Assembly (NCBI GenBank): GCA_965198115.1
Contig: OZ240241.1
Coordinates: 1,440,001 to 1,504,000 of the forward strand
DNA from: Candidatus Latescibacterota bacterium
Lineage (GTDB): Bacteria; Latescibacterota; UBA2968
Length of the DNA: 64,000 bases
Direction: 5' to 3'
Numbering within the stretch: position 1 is the stretch's first letter; each line of letters begins with the position of its first letter. The notes under the pieces were generated by a model. That model saw nothing but the letters and a program-made list of their open reading frames with translations. It was not told the origin of the DNA and did not search any database. Shown one piece after another: positions 50,839 to 61,378 of this stretch. Both the position numbers and the translations under genes were made by a program.

Positions 50839-52050
50839 TCATTCGGGTCCGTCGACAATCGATGGAAGACCCGTCTCGACGTCGAGTTTGAGGGAGCGCT
50901 CACCCCGCAACACACAAAGAAGCTCGTCGCCCACGAACAGACGACGCCATCCCACCAGGACCCCCGCCCCGGATCCGTTCTCCTGCACGACCTCCCGAAC
51001 CTCGTTTCGCGAACCCACGAGCGCTGGATCGATGCCTTTGCGTAGCGCCTTGCCCCTCACGTAGGCGAGGGCGAATTCGGTTCTGACCTCCTCCTCTGGC
51101 GTTGCGGGACGAATGCGTGGCTTCTTCGAAACGGGCGTCCGATCCCCTTCCTTCAAGACATCGATCACAGATGCTCCGTAACGATCGACAAAGCCGTGCG
51201 GGAGCCCGCGGATCGACGATATAGCCTTGCGATGTCTGGGCCTCAGACGCGCCAACCTCACGAGAGTCTCGTCCTGCACGACGTGGCGACGAGGAACATC
51301 CGTTCGGCGAGCCTCTTCCTCGCGCCACGCTGTTACCGCCTGCAGCGCACCCAGATCCCTCGAAGACACGCGCCCCATCCCCTTGACCCGCAGATACTGA
51401 TCATCCGGGTGACGCTCTTCGTAGAGATGCGCCTGATCGAGGAGGGACATTTCCTCGGCAAGCCAACCGTCACGACCGAGGTGAGCGGTCTTTTCGAGAA
51501 GCCGTTCTCGCAACTCCGGCAGGTGCCGCACATCGTCGATCGCGTACTCGATCTGACGCTTCGACAGCGGCCGTTTCACCCAGTCCGTGCGTGTTTCAGA
51601 CTTCTCCAGCTTCACATCCATCAGCTCCTTCACCAGCTCCTGCAGCGACAGCGATGCGCGGAATCCACAAAATCCCGCCGCGACACGCGTGTCGAAGACG
51701 TTAACCGGTGTGGCACCCGTCGATCGCTTTAAAATCGTCAGATCCTGCGGCGCATCGTGCAGCACCTTCACGACCTGCCGATCGGAGAGCAATCTTCCGA
51801 GCGGCTCAAGCGACCGGATTGCTACTGTATCGATCAGGTAGGAGCGCCCGGCCGATGTCGAGAGCTGGATCAACCCCAGCCGGGGGTAGTAGGTGCGTTC
51901 CCAAACAAACTCGGTATCGAGACCGATGACACCGCCGCGTCTACCTTCTTCCACAGCGTCGTTCATGCGCTCCGGCGATGTGATCAGCAGATCCTGCAAG
52001 TTTTCCTCCTGGTGAATGACAAGGGGATCGAATATAACACGAGGCCGCAC
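50839..52050 (-). CDS. rnd: ribonuclease D (start uncertain)
   Basis: LDTEF, YYPRLGLIQ, FDTRVA, TDWVKRPL, YAIDDV, HRDC domain. Confidence 0.92.
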   Translation of the reverse strand: MRPRVIFDPLVIHQEENLQDLLITSPERMNDAVEEGRRGGVIGLDTEFVWERTYYPRLGLIQLSTSAGRSYLIDTVAIRSLEPLGRLLSDRQVVKVLHDAPQDLTILKRSTGATPVNVFDTRVAAGFCGFRASLSLQELVKELMDVKLEKSETRTDWVKRPLSKRQIEYAIDDVRHLPELRERLLEKTAHLGRDGWLAEEMSLLDQAHLYEERHPDDQYLRVKGMGRVSSRDLGALQAVTAWREEEARRTDVPRRHVVQDETLVRLARLRPRHRKAISSIRGLPHGFVDRYGASVIDVLKEGDRTPVSKKPRIRPATPEEEVRTEFALAYVRGKALRKGIDPALVGSRNEVREVVQENGSGAGVLVGWRRLFVGDELLCVLRGERSLKLDVETGLPSIVDGPE

Positions 52051-52077
52051 ACCGGGCTACCGTCTCTCCCCACTCGC

Positions 52078-52106
52078 TTGACACCCCACGGTGACCGCTG
52101 CATCAT
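52078..52106 (+). promoter_or_regulatory. candidate promoter of the catabolic operon
   Basis: TTGACA-17-CATCAT. Confidence 0.35.
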
Positions 52107-52152
52107 AGCCGTCCGACACAGTTCTCTATTCACCTATCCAAGTGGATCATCC

Positions 52153-53761
52153 GATGACCGGCGGCGAAATTCTTGTCGAATGCCTTAAGGCTCAGGGTGT
52201 CCGTGACATCGCGGGGATGCCCGGAAACCAGAATATCTGGATTTACGATGCTATTCTGCAACGGGGTGGGATCGCCCATCGGTTGATCCGCAACGAGCAG
52301 GGGGCGACCCTCATCGCAAACGGATACGCAAGAGCGTCCGGCGAGGTCGGCGTCGCACTGACCGTGCCCGGACCCGGGTCGACCAACGCGTCCACCGGAG
52401 TGGTCGATGCATACACCGACTCGGTCCCGGTCCTGCTCGTCACGGGAGGGACCGAGGTGGCGTTCGACGGTCGCGACCGGAGCAAGTGCTTTCACGGACT
52501 CGACCAGGAGGCCTTCTTCGCACCGATCACACGGGCCTTCGAGCGTCCCGCATCGATCGATGAGATCCCCGGCGCGGTCGAGCGCGTTTTCAAGGCCCTT
52601 CGCGCCTGCCGGCCAGGGCCTGCCGTTCTCGAACTGCCCGTAGACGTCGCCTCGGCCACGGGCAACGCTGACATCCCTTCATTCATCGAACCCGAGCACC
52701 CGACGGTCGACGAAACTGCCCTCCGAAGAGCCGCGGAAGCGATCGCCGGGTTCGAACGGCCGGTCATTCTCGCGGGCAAGAACGTCAGCGATGCCGAAGC
52801 GACGGACACCTTGCGGACCGTGGCCGAAACACTCGGGGCCCCCGTCGCATTGACCCGGCTCGGAAAGGGCGCTCTTTCCGATCGGCACGACCTGAACGTC
52901 GGTCACTGCAGCGCCAAAGCGGCTCGAGCTGTCTACGCCGAAGCCGACGGTCTGATCGCCATCGGCTGTCGCTTTACCCAGATCGATACGCGCGGATGGT
53001 CCCTGCCTCTTCCCGAGCGCTGCGTGCAGTTCGACCCGGACCCCAAAGAACTCGGGCGTGAACATCCGATCGAATGCGGTGTCGAAGGTCATCTGCGAGA
53101 CTCCCTTGCGGCGCTGGCGCCGCTCCTCGAAGTCCATAACGGCACGTGGTCGGATCGCTGCCGCAGCATCCGCAAAGAGATTGTCGAATCACGTCCTCCC
53201 CTCGAGCTCGTCGACCACGTCAGAAATCACGTCGACGACGACGCCATCTTCTCCGTCGATGTCACGTCCGTCGGCTACCGCACTTTCGACGAGCTCCCGA
53301 TCTACGGTCCGCGTGACTTCCTGTATCCCAGCCACTCCGTGACCCTCGGGTTCGCCCTCCCTGCCGCCATCGGCGCAAAGATTGCCTGCCCGGACCGCCA
53401 GGTTATAGCCGTCTGCGGCGACGGCGGCTACATGATGACCGCATTCGAGCTCGCCACAGCTGTCGAACACAGTCTGGACCTCACCGTCATCGTGTCGAAC
53501 GACGGGAGTCTCAGCGCAATTCGCGGCGCTCAGGCCAATGCGTTCGACGGTCGCGTCATCGACACGGACATGCACGTGCCACGGATCGCCGACGGCGCCA
53601 CCGCTACAGGAGCACGCGGTATTCGTGTCGACGACCCGGCGCGTTTCGGAGCGGTCTTCGACGACACGTTCGGTCTCGAAGGACCGACCGTCATTGAAGT
53701 CATGCTCCAGGAACAGCGGGACGCCATCATCAAACGCGTCCCGTGGCTGTTTCCGGATTGA
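52153..53761 (+). CDS. thiamine-diphosphate-dependent enzyme (acetolactate synthase-like)
   Basis: RNEQGA, PGPGSTN, GDGG...N ThDP motif. Confidence 0.9.
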
Positions 53762-53777
53762 CCTGGAAGGAAATCGC

Positions 53778-54803
53778 GTGGCCAAAAAGACGATGCTGAT
53801 GTTGGGCGGAAGCGGAATGGCTGGGGGGTGGCTCAAACGTTGGACGACCAACTTCTCCGACCGCGTCGACGTCATCGGACTCGTCGATGTCCTCCCCGAA
53901 GTGCTCGAGGAACAGGGAGAGGCGCTCGGAATCCCGACCAATCGGAGATTCACGTCGACCAAAGACGCGATCGCAACGTGCAAGGCCGACTTCGTAGGAG
54001 TGGCCACACCACCCCAATTCCACGAAGAGGGCGTCGTTGCCGCCCTCGACGGTGGCATGCCCGTCATCACAGAGAAACCCATCTCGAACACGCTGGAATC
54101 CGCCAAACGGATGGTCGCTGCCTCCGATCGAACGGGTTTACCGTGCGCCGTCATCCAGAACTATCGCTACGAACCGAACAAGCAGGAACTCGTCCGCATC
54201 AGGAACGAAGGACGTCTTGGGCGCCTTCAACACATCCTGGGTCGTTATGCGTGCGATTATCGAAGACGCGGATCGTGGGGAAAGGAATGGCGTCACACCA
54301 TGGACTTCGGCCTCCTCTTCGAAGGCTCCGTCCACCACTTTGATATGTTGCGTTTTCTGTCAGGGGGAGATTGTGAGACCCTGGTCGGTTTCGGATGGAA
54401 TCCGGATTGGTCGAGTTTCGAGCACTTCTCGAGCGGCATGTATCTCATGAAAATGACCAACGGCGTCCACAGCTTCTACGAGGGCAACAGCTCGGCTGCG
54501 GGGATCGTCAACTGTTGGCACAACGAGTACTATCGCGCCGAATTCGAAGAAGGAAGCGTCGAGGTCGTCGATACCGACAAGGTTACGGTCACGCGCGTCG
54601 GCCAAGCACCCGAGGCCTACAACGCGCCGCCTCTCAAATGGGAGAATCACGACCATCTCTTCGAGGAATTCCTGGAATGGCTCGACGGCGGGCCACCCTC
54701 GGAGACACGTATCCAGGACAATATTCAAAGCTTCGCCATGGTCATCGCCGCCATGGAAACCACACTCGACGGCAAGCCCAAGCTCATCGCTGACTTTGTG
54801 TAA
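53778..54803 (+). CDS. Gfo/Idh/MocA oxidoreductase
   Basis: GGSGMA, ITEKP, QNYRY, SVHHFD. Confidence 0.9.
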   Translation: MAKKTMLMLGGSGMAGGWLKRWTTNFSDRVDVIGLVDVLPEVLEEQGEALGIPTNRRFTSTKDAIATCKADFVGVATPPQFHEEGVVAALDGGMPVITEKPISNTLESAKRMVAASDRTGLPCAVIQNYRYEPNKQELVRIRNEGRLGRLQHILGRYACDYRRRGSWGKEWRHTMDFGLLFEGSVHHFDMLRFLSGGDCETLVGFGWNPDWSSFEHFSSGMYLMKMTNGVHSFYEGNSSAAGIVNCWHNEYYRAEFEEGSVEVVDTDKVTVTRVGQAPEAYNAPPLKWENHDHLFEEFLEWLDGGPPSETRIQDNIQSFAMVIAAMETTLDGKPKLIADFV

Positions 54804-56114
54804 ATGAACATCGTCTTCGTCTTCTCCGACCAGCACAGGGCTTGCACGTCCAGTCTCGAAGGCGCCGCCGTTCGCACTCCCAACCTTGAGCGCACAGCGG
54901 CCGAAGGGATCGTCTTCCGCAACTGCATCTCGAACATCCCCGTCTGCACGCCCTGGCGCGCGGCATTCCTCACAGGTCAGTACCCCTTGACGAATGGCGT
55001 ATTCCTGAATGACGTGCGACTCTCCACCGACTACCCCACACTCGGAACCTGCCTGCGCGATGCTGGCTACCGCACCGGCTACATCGGCAAGTGGCATCTC
55101 GACGGCAATGAGCGATCGGCTTTCACGCCTCCGGGGCCCAGACGGCAGGGCTGGGACTATTGGGCATCGCTCAACTGCACCCACCGTTACACCGACTCAC
55201 GCTACTTCCTCAACGATGATCCCACTCCTCGGGCGTGGGGCGACTACGACGCGATCGGGCAGACCGACCTCGCGATCGAATTCATCGAGGAGAGCGCTCG
55301 GGGCTCCGCGCCGTTCGCCCTCGTCCTTTCCTGGGGACCTCCGCACAATCCCTACCGCGACCTGCCACAGCGCTACCTCGACGCCTACCCACCCAACGAA
55401 GTGGAAGTCCGCCCCAACTGTCCCGATCCGAATCGGGAGGATCTGGCGGGTTACTACGCGCACGTAACCGCACTCGACGAACAACTGGGGCGTATCCAGG
55501 ACGTCCTCGAGGAGACGGGCCTCATGGACGACACCGTGTTCGTCTATACCTCCGACCACGGGGACATGGTCGGCTCCCAGGGCGAGCAGCGGAAACAGAA
55601 GCCGTGGGATGAGTCGATTCGCGTTCCGTTCGTGATACGCTGTCCCGTACAAACCGGCAAAGGAATCACGTTACACAAGCCGATCAACGTAGTCGACCTC
55701 ATGCCCACCCTGCTCGGGCTGGCCGGGATCGAGATCCCCGACGCGGTAGAAGGCCGCGATCTCGGACCCCTCATGCGTGGAGACGAGCCGGACGGTGACG
55801 CTGCAGCCCTGACGATGTGCATCACTCCCTTTGCCGAGTACACCGGGCCGCCGTGGCGAGGGGTGCAGACCAGCCGATACACCTACACGCGTCGCCTCGA
55901 CGGCCCCTGGTTGCTCTACGACAACGTGTCGGATCCTTACCAACTCACGAACCTGATCGACGACCAAGATCACGCGGCGATCCGCGAAGACTTCGATGGT
56001 CGGTTGCAGCGGATGCTCGACGAGCGGGGTGACCCGTTTGAACCGGCCGCCTACTACATCGAGAAGTGGGGGTTCGACGTCGACGATCGGGGGGCGGTCC
56101 CCTACCACAGCTGA
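54804..56114 (+). CDS. sulfatase (Cys-type, formylglycine-dependent)
   Basis: SDQHR, CTPWR, GKWHL, PPHNP, SDHG. Confidence 0.95.
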   Translation: MNIVFVFSDQHRACTSSLEGAAVRTPNLERTAAEGIVFRNCISNIPVCTPWRAAFLTGQYPLTNGVFLNDVRLSTDYPTLGTCLRDAGYRTGYIGKWHLDGNERSAFTPPGPRRQGWDYWASLNCTHRYTDSRYFLNDDPTPRAWGDYDAIGQTDLAIEFIEESARGSAPFALVLSWGPPHNPYRDLPQRYLDAYPPNEVEVRPNCPDPNREDLAGYYAHVTALDEQLGRIQDVLEETGLMDDTVFVYTSDHGDMVGSQGEQRKQKPWDESIRVPFVIRCPVQTGKGITLHKPINVVDLMPTLLGLAGIEIPDAVEGRDLGPLMRGDEPDGDAAALTMCITPFAEYTGPPWRGVQTSRYTYTRRLDGPWLLYDNVSDPYQLTNLIDDQDHAAIREDFDGRLQRMLDERGDPFEPAAYYIEKWGFDVDDRGAVPYHS

Positions 56115-56126
56115 ACGAGGAAAACC

Positions 56127-57230
56127 ATGAAAATCACGGACGTGAAATGTTTCCCGTGCTTTCACGGAAGTCGGAACTATTTGTTCGTGAAGGTCGAAAC
56201 GGACGAGGGCATCTACGGAGTCGGCGAATTCGGAATCACGTGGAAGGAACAGGCGGGAATCGGTGCGGTCGAGCACATGAAAACCGACCTCATCGGACAA
56301 GATCCGTTGAACACCGAGTATTTGTGGCAACTCCTGCTGAGGGGCGACTTTTTCCCCGGCGGGCGGATCAACATGGCTGCCCAGAGTGCAATCGATCTCG
56401 CCCTTTGGGACACCAAAGGCAAGGCGCTCGGGCAACCCGTCTACATGCTCCTGGGCGGCAGAATGCGGGATCGAGTCGTCTGCTACAAGGGCATCGGAGG
56501 AAAAACACCGGAAGCAACTGCTGCGGCTGCGAAGGAACGGGTGGCCGAAGGATGGAAATATCTGCGGCTGGGTGTGATGGATCGCGACGGCATCCTCGAA
56601 CCGCCCGTGGCCGTCCGCGAAGCCGTCGGTCCCGACATCGAAATCTGCATCGACGTCCACACGCGTCTCGACACACCCGACACGATTCGGTTGGGGCGGA
56701 AGTTGGAAGCCTACGACCCCTTCTTCATCGAAGATCCACTGAGATGCGAGAATCCGCAAAGCTACCGGCTCGTTAGACAGCAGGTCCCCGTCCCCCTGGC
56801 CATCGGCGAGCACTTTGCCACCAAATGGGAATTCCGTCAGTTGATCGAAGAAGAGCTGCTCGACTACGCCCGGATCGACCTCTGCATAGTGGGAGGGTTG
56901 ACGGAAGGACGTAAGATCGCCAACTGGTGCGAGACGCATTACATCAAAATAGTCCCGCATAACCCCCTCGGACCCGTATCCGCCGCCGCGTGTCTTCACC
57001 TCGACATCGCCACAGACAACTTCGCCGTGCAGGAAGCAGGCCTCGTCGGCAACACCGTGATGACCGATCTCTTTCCCGTGCAGGTCCCCTACGAGTCGGG
57101 TTACCTCCTCGCCCCGACCGGACCCGGTCTTGGCGTAGAGTTCAACGAGGAGGCCACCGCCAAGTATCCCTTCAAACCCCTCCACGGCCCACGGCTACAA
57201 CGAGAGGATGGATCATTCACTAACTGGTAG
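56127..57230 (+). CDS. enolase-superfamily acid-sugar dehydratase (galactonate/mannonate dehydratase-like)
   Basis: IDVHTR, FIEDP, AIGE, PHNPLGP, DGSFTNW. Confidence 0.9.
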   Translation: MKITDVKCFPCFHGSRNYLFVKVETDEGIYGVGEFGITWKEQAGIGAVEHMKTDLIGQDPLNTEYLWQLLLRGDFFPGGRINMAAQSAIDLALWDTKGKALGQPVYMLLGGRMRDRVVCYKGIGGKTPEATAAAAKERVAEGWKYLRLGVMDRDGILEPPVAVREAVGPDIEICIDVHTRLDTPDTIRLGRKLEAYDPFFIEDPLRCENPQSYRLVRQQVPVPLAIGEHFATKWEFRQLIEEELLDYARIDLCIVGGLTEGRKIANWCETHYIKIVPHNPLGPVSAAACLHLDIATDNFAVQEAGLVGNTVMTDLFPVQVPYESGYLLAPTGPGLGVEFNEEATAKYPFKPLHGPRLQREDGSFTNW

Positions 57231-57255
57231 ACTGCGCCACTGAGGACACTGAGAT

Positions 57256-57640
57256 TCACTACCCGCTCCTCAACGATCAGGTCGGCTGAGTAGTCCCCCA
57301 CCACGTGCCCCTTATACCAAACCTTGAGAAGGGCTTGAGAATGGATATCCAAGCCGGCCTCCTGTAGTTCGATACAGAGTGCTCTTTCGTACACAAAACC
57401 ATGCGCTTAATTCCCAAGCGTGGACGGCCGAAGTTGAGGAGCAGGCCTGTGTTGAGTCGCGTAGCCCTCAAATAGTTGAGAAGCTGAGCCTGGTGCACTC
57501 TCCCGATGTGGTCGATCGACTTCAACTCGAGCAGAGACCCTTTCCAAGAAACCGGACCCCAATGTCCGGTTGACGGTGATAGCGCACCCGATGATCTTCT
57601 CAGTCAGCTCGTCGTTCTTGATTTCAGCCAAACGCGCCAT
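57256..57640 (-). pseudogene. GxxExxY-family PD-(D/E)xK-like protein with segments in A-C-B order
   Basis: A: LTEKIIG...GFLERV; C: LLELKS...AQLLNYL...GLLLNFG; B: YERAL...YKG...ADLIVEERV. Confidence 0.85.
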
Positions 57641-57645
57641 CCTTA

Positions 57646-58907
57646 GTACTCCTGTTCTCAAATACGGTGACGTATTCTAAGCAGACTTTGCCAAGGGCGT
57701 ATCGTAGAACCTGAGTTTGTCGATCATCTCCGCGAGATCTGTTCGTGTGAACTTCCATTTGAAGGGTGTGGCGATACGTCCGTAGCGTTCCTGAAAACCG
57801 AGGATTCTTGCCTCAAGCTCTTCGAGCGATGCAAATTCGATAGGTGTCAGAGCCTTGCGTTTGAGGATCGAGAAGTAGATCTCGATCTGATTGAGCCAGC
57901 TTGCGTGGATCGGAAGGTGAACGGGGTGGATGTTTGGCCACTTCCCCTGGATACGGTCGATGCATGTTTGCCCTCGGTGCGAGGAGCCATTATCCACGAT
58001 GAGGTAGACTTTCTTTGCCGAGCAATAGGGTTTCCGGCTCATGATCAGGCTCAGGAGCCGGTTGAAGGGCTCGATACCCGAAGAAGACTCACAGAGACCG
58101 AAGATTCGACCATTGTGCACGTCGAGAGCAGCCAGATAGGCCAGGGCTCCTTTCCGCTCGTATTCGTGTTTCAACGCGTGCCGCTCTGTTCGAGGCTGGC
58201 GGTAGGGTAACGTGCTTGCGAGCTCGTGCTTGAATACTGGTCTTTTCGTCGGCAGAAAGTACATATTCCCTCGGCCCTAAAGGCTTTCCTTGCCATTGGC
58301 GGTGATACAGATCAAGGACTCTACCTGCTTTGGTTTGGAAGTCCGGGTCCCGTGGGAAAATCCAGGAGCGATGATACCAAGGACGAATCGCGTCCTCGTT
58401 CAACCAGCGCCAGACAGTGGCGCCGCTGATCTTGGCAACGAAGCCCCTTTGCACTGCCTCGGCGGCAATCTCGGAACAGCTGGACCGCGAGAGCGGTATC
58501 CCGCTCTCGCTCGGTAGTTCACACGCCAGCGCCTTGATCTGAACGACCACCTGAGGGGGGAAAACCGGGCGGGCGCCCGGGACGAGATCTATCTTCGAGT
58601 CCCGAAAGACGCTCTTCGAAAAAGCGCTTACGCCATTTGCTTACGATCGGACGCGGGACATCCAACCGTTGGGCGATAATCTTGTTGGATAATCCCTCGG
58701 CGGCGAGAAGCACGATTTTCGATCGGATCACTTGATAATACGGTAACGTATATTGTCCAGCCATTCGCTCGAGGTCGACCCGTTCCTTCTCAGACAGTAG
58801 CACCACATAAGGCGAACGTCTTGGCATTGTTCTCCTCCTTTTGAAGGAGAACATAAGCTACAAATAATGTTCAAGACATACGTAATAATGTTTATGAAAC
58901 CATGCAC
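57646..58907 (-). mobile_element. IS630-family IS, copy 2
   Basis: 1262 bp inverted copy of 28625-29886; TA on both flanks. Confidence 0.93.
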
Positions 58908-58968
58908 TAAGTCTCAGTGATCTCAGTGGCTGTCTTTGTCTTTCTATCATAGTCAGAGAGGTGTCCTG

Positions 58969-60138
58969 ATGCAAAGTGTGAGCGTTCCTTGGGCGTGTTG
59001 GTATGGTGAAGAGAAGTTCGAGATGACGTTCCCCGATGAATGGTCCCTCGAAGTGTGCGAAATGAAGGGCGGTCCAGACATCGGGGACGAGGGAATCCGT
59101 GAGGCATTCGCCAACCCGATCGGATCGCCGACCCTCTCCGAGGTCGCGAAGGGCAAGACTTCGGCGGCCATTCTTGTAGACGACCTGACGCGACCCACAC
59201 CGGCGGGGCGACTGATTCCCTACGTCCTCGAGGAGCTCGAAAAGGGCGGGATTCACGAAGACCAGGTGCGCATCATCGGGGCTGTCGCCGCCCACCGTGC
59301 GATGATTCGGGAAGACTTCGTCAAAAAGCTCGGGCAAGACATTGTCGATCGAATGCAGGTCCTCTGTCACAACGCAGACGACAACCTCGACTTTCTCGGC
59401 CACACGAGTCGGGGCATTCCGCTCTGGGTCAATCGCGACCTGATGGCCTGCGAAGTGCGCATCGCCCTCGGCATGATCACACCGCGGGGCGGTATCTTCG
59501 GCGGCGGGTCGAAACTTCTGCTACCGGGCGCGTGCGGCCGTGTGACGATCGCAGCAAACCATCGCTACATTCACGACGGATTCCGTGAGCACCTCGACGA
59601 AGTCGGTCGCATGGCCGGTTTGAGCTTCCTCGTAAATCCCTGTCTTAACCCTGAACGGGAGATCAATGCCGTCGTCACAGGCGACCCGGTCGACGCCTTC
59701 TGGCACGGGGTCGAGATCGGGAAAGAGGTCTACGCCTCACCTTTCCCCGACCGGCCCGACGTGGCAATCTTCAACGCCTGGCCTAAGGACGCCGAATTCA
59801 CCCAGGCGGGCATGGCCATGGTCCCCATACGAGGAGACAACCCACAAAAATTGAAGGACGACACGACCGTCGTCATCGCGACCGCTTCCCCCGAAGGCAT
59901 GGGATTCCATTCCGTTTTCGGACCCGGAGCCGAGCTGCGAGGAAAGCCCACACCCCAACGTTGGCGCACGATCATCTTCTCACCCAACCTCAACAAGTGG
60001 GACGTCCTCCTGTTGTATGGAGAACACGCCGCGTTTTGCAGGACCTGGGACGAGGTCATCGAGGAATTGGAAAAACACCACGGAAAAGACCTAAAAGCCG
60101 CTGTGTTCCCGTATGGGGCAATGCAGTATTGTGAGTGA
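58969..60138 (+). CDS. lactate racemase (LarA) superfamily protein
   Basis: ANPIGS, VDDLTRPTP, AAHR, GGSKLLLPG, ANH, ASPEGMG. Confidence 0.85.
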   Translation: MQSVSVPWACWYGEEKFEMTFPDEWSLEVCEMKGGPDIGDEGIREAFANPIGSPTLSEVAKGKTSAAILVDDLTRPTPAGRLIPYVLEELEKGGIHEDQVRIIGAVAAHRAMIREDFVKKLGQDIVDRMQVLCHNADDNLDFLGHTSRGIPLWVNRDLMACEVRIALGMITPRGGIFGGGSKLLLPGACGRVTIAANHRYIHDGFREHLDEVGRMAGLSFLVNPCLNPEREINAVVTGDPVDAFWHGVEIGKEVYASPFPDRPDVAIFNAWPKDAEFTQAGMAMVPIRGDNPQKLKDDTTVVIATASPEGMGFHSVFGPGAELRGKPTPQRWRTIIFSPNLNKWDVLLLYGEHAAFCRTWDEVIEELEKHHGKDLKAAVFPYGAMQYCE

Positions 60139-60245
60139 CACGCAGGAGAAGAGGGTCGACCCGGGCATACGGTCTGCGGAACCTGACCCCACCTCGAACG
60201 AGAGGAGTGCTTTTCACGTCGTCACCGAGGACTTAAACTGAGGCT

Positions 60246-60992
60246 ATGTCGACAGGTCTTCTGCTTTGGGTTGCCTTCTTCGCTCTGTGGCTCTTCGCAC
60301 TCTACAGAGCGACCCATCGGGCGTTTCCCGTCGTGGAAATCGGGGGGATTCGCAGCTCGGGCATCTCGTTCTCTCCCGGCCCGGTCTTCGCCCCCGCCAT
60401 CGTCTTCCACCTGGGTCTTGCGACCGTCCTGTGCGTGACGCTTCTGAGTATCGCCTTTCAGAATTTCCAAATGATGTGGTTCTGCCTACCGGGCGCGTGT
60501 GCTCCCACATTTCAGGGCGCCTACCTCGAGTATGAACGCCTGTCCGACGATGGTGCGAGGCAGATTCGGCGTGTCCCTTCATACTGGTTGAAGGAGCAGT
60601 GGCCGTTCGTCCTGCTCGGTGTCAGCATCGGGTTGGCGGGTGCCATCTGGGCGTGGCTCACGGGAAACCTGTTCCCACTCCTACTTCTCGGATTCAGCGC
60701 CTTCTTTCTGTTCGAATTCTGGTTTTTCTTTTCTCACTACAACGGAGTGGTCATCACACCCACCCGCCTCCGTTACGAGAGGAGCTTTCCGCGATGGCGC
60801 ACCTACACCTATGACAGAAGGCGCACCAAAGATCTGAACATCATCATGGAACGTCGGGGTCGGCGCGTTTACGACGTTCGCATCGAGGAACCCCACGAGA
60901 CCCCGATTGAACTGACGGCGAAGCTCTCTCCCTCGCAACGACTGCAGCTCGAACTCGAAGAGTACGAGCTTCGAAACGACCCTTCGGAATAG
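60246..60992 (+). CDS. hypothetical membrane protein
   Basis: About four hydrophobic segments and a soluble C-terminal domain. Confidence 0.7.
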   Translation: MSTGLLLWVAFFALWLFALYRATHRAFPVVEIGGIRSSGISFSPGPVFAPAIVFHLGLATVLCVTLLSIAFQNFQMMWFCLPGACAPTFQGAYLEYERLSDDGARQIRRVPSYWLKEQWPFVLLGVSIGLAGAIWAWLTGNLFPLLLLGFSAFFLFEFWFFFSHYNGVVITPTRLRYERSFPRWRTYTYDRRRTKDLNIIMERRGRRVYDVRIEEPHETPIELTAKLSPSQRLQLELEEYELRNDPSE

Positions 60993-61009
60993 CCCGTGAG
61001 TAATCGATC

Positions 61010-61354
61010 GTGAGCAAGAACCTTAGAACGGTCTACACCACCGAGCACGGCCGAATTCAGCCAGAGTCTGAAACCTCGTCCAAGGGAAAACCCAACGTTC
61101 CAGCGATACCCAAGGATGGCATCGTTCGCGTGGGGCGAGAGACGAAAGGCAGAAAAGGTGCGGGCGTATCGGTCATTACGGGACTACCCCTTCCTCCCGA
61201 TGAACTCAAGAATCTGGCGCGTGAGCTGAAGAGCCGGTGTGGAAGCGGCGGTACGGTTCGAGGACGGACGATCGAGATCCAGGGAGATCATCGGGACAGG
61301 CTCGTCGAGCTGCTGACAGCAAAGGGATGGACCATCAAGCGGGCCGGCGGGTAA
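61010..61354 (+). CDS. yciH: translation initiation factor SUI1 family protein
   Basis: RETKGRKGAGVS, LKSRCGSGGT, IEIQGDHR. Confidence 0.93.
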   Translation: MSKNLRTVYTTEHGRIQPESETSSKGKPNVPAIPKDGIVRVGRETKGRKGAGVSVITGLPLPPDELKNLARELKSRCGSGGTVRGRTIEIQGDHRDRLVELLTAKGWTIKRAGG

Positions 61355-61378
61355 CACGCTCGATGATCACTAAAAGAA

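Larger units (their letters stand above)
57236..58930. mobile_element. GxxExxY element bounded by CCACTGAG-NN-CACTGAGA inverted repeats, with IS630 inserted inside
   Basis: gccactgaggacactgagat (57236-57255) and gtctcagtgatctcagtggc (58911-58930). Confidence 0.65.

Noticed and set aside
55671-57185. 504-aa minus-strand ORF (and similar long shadow ORFs such as 24908-25909, 37098-37970, 53189-54154)
   Set aside because: Overlap well-supported genes in antisense or other frames and lack motifs; expected in GC-rich DNA
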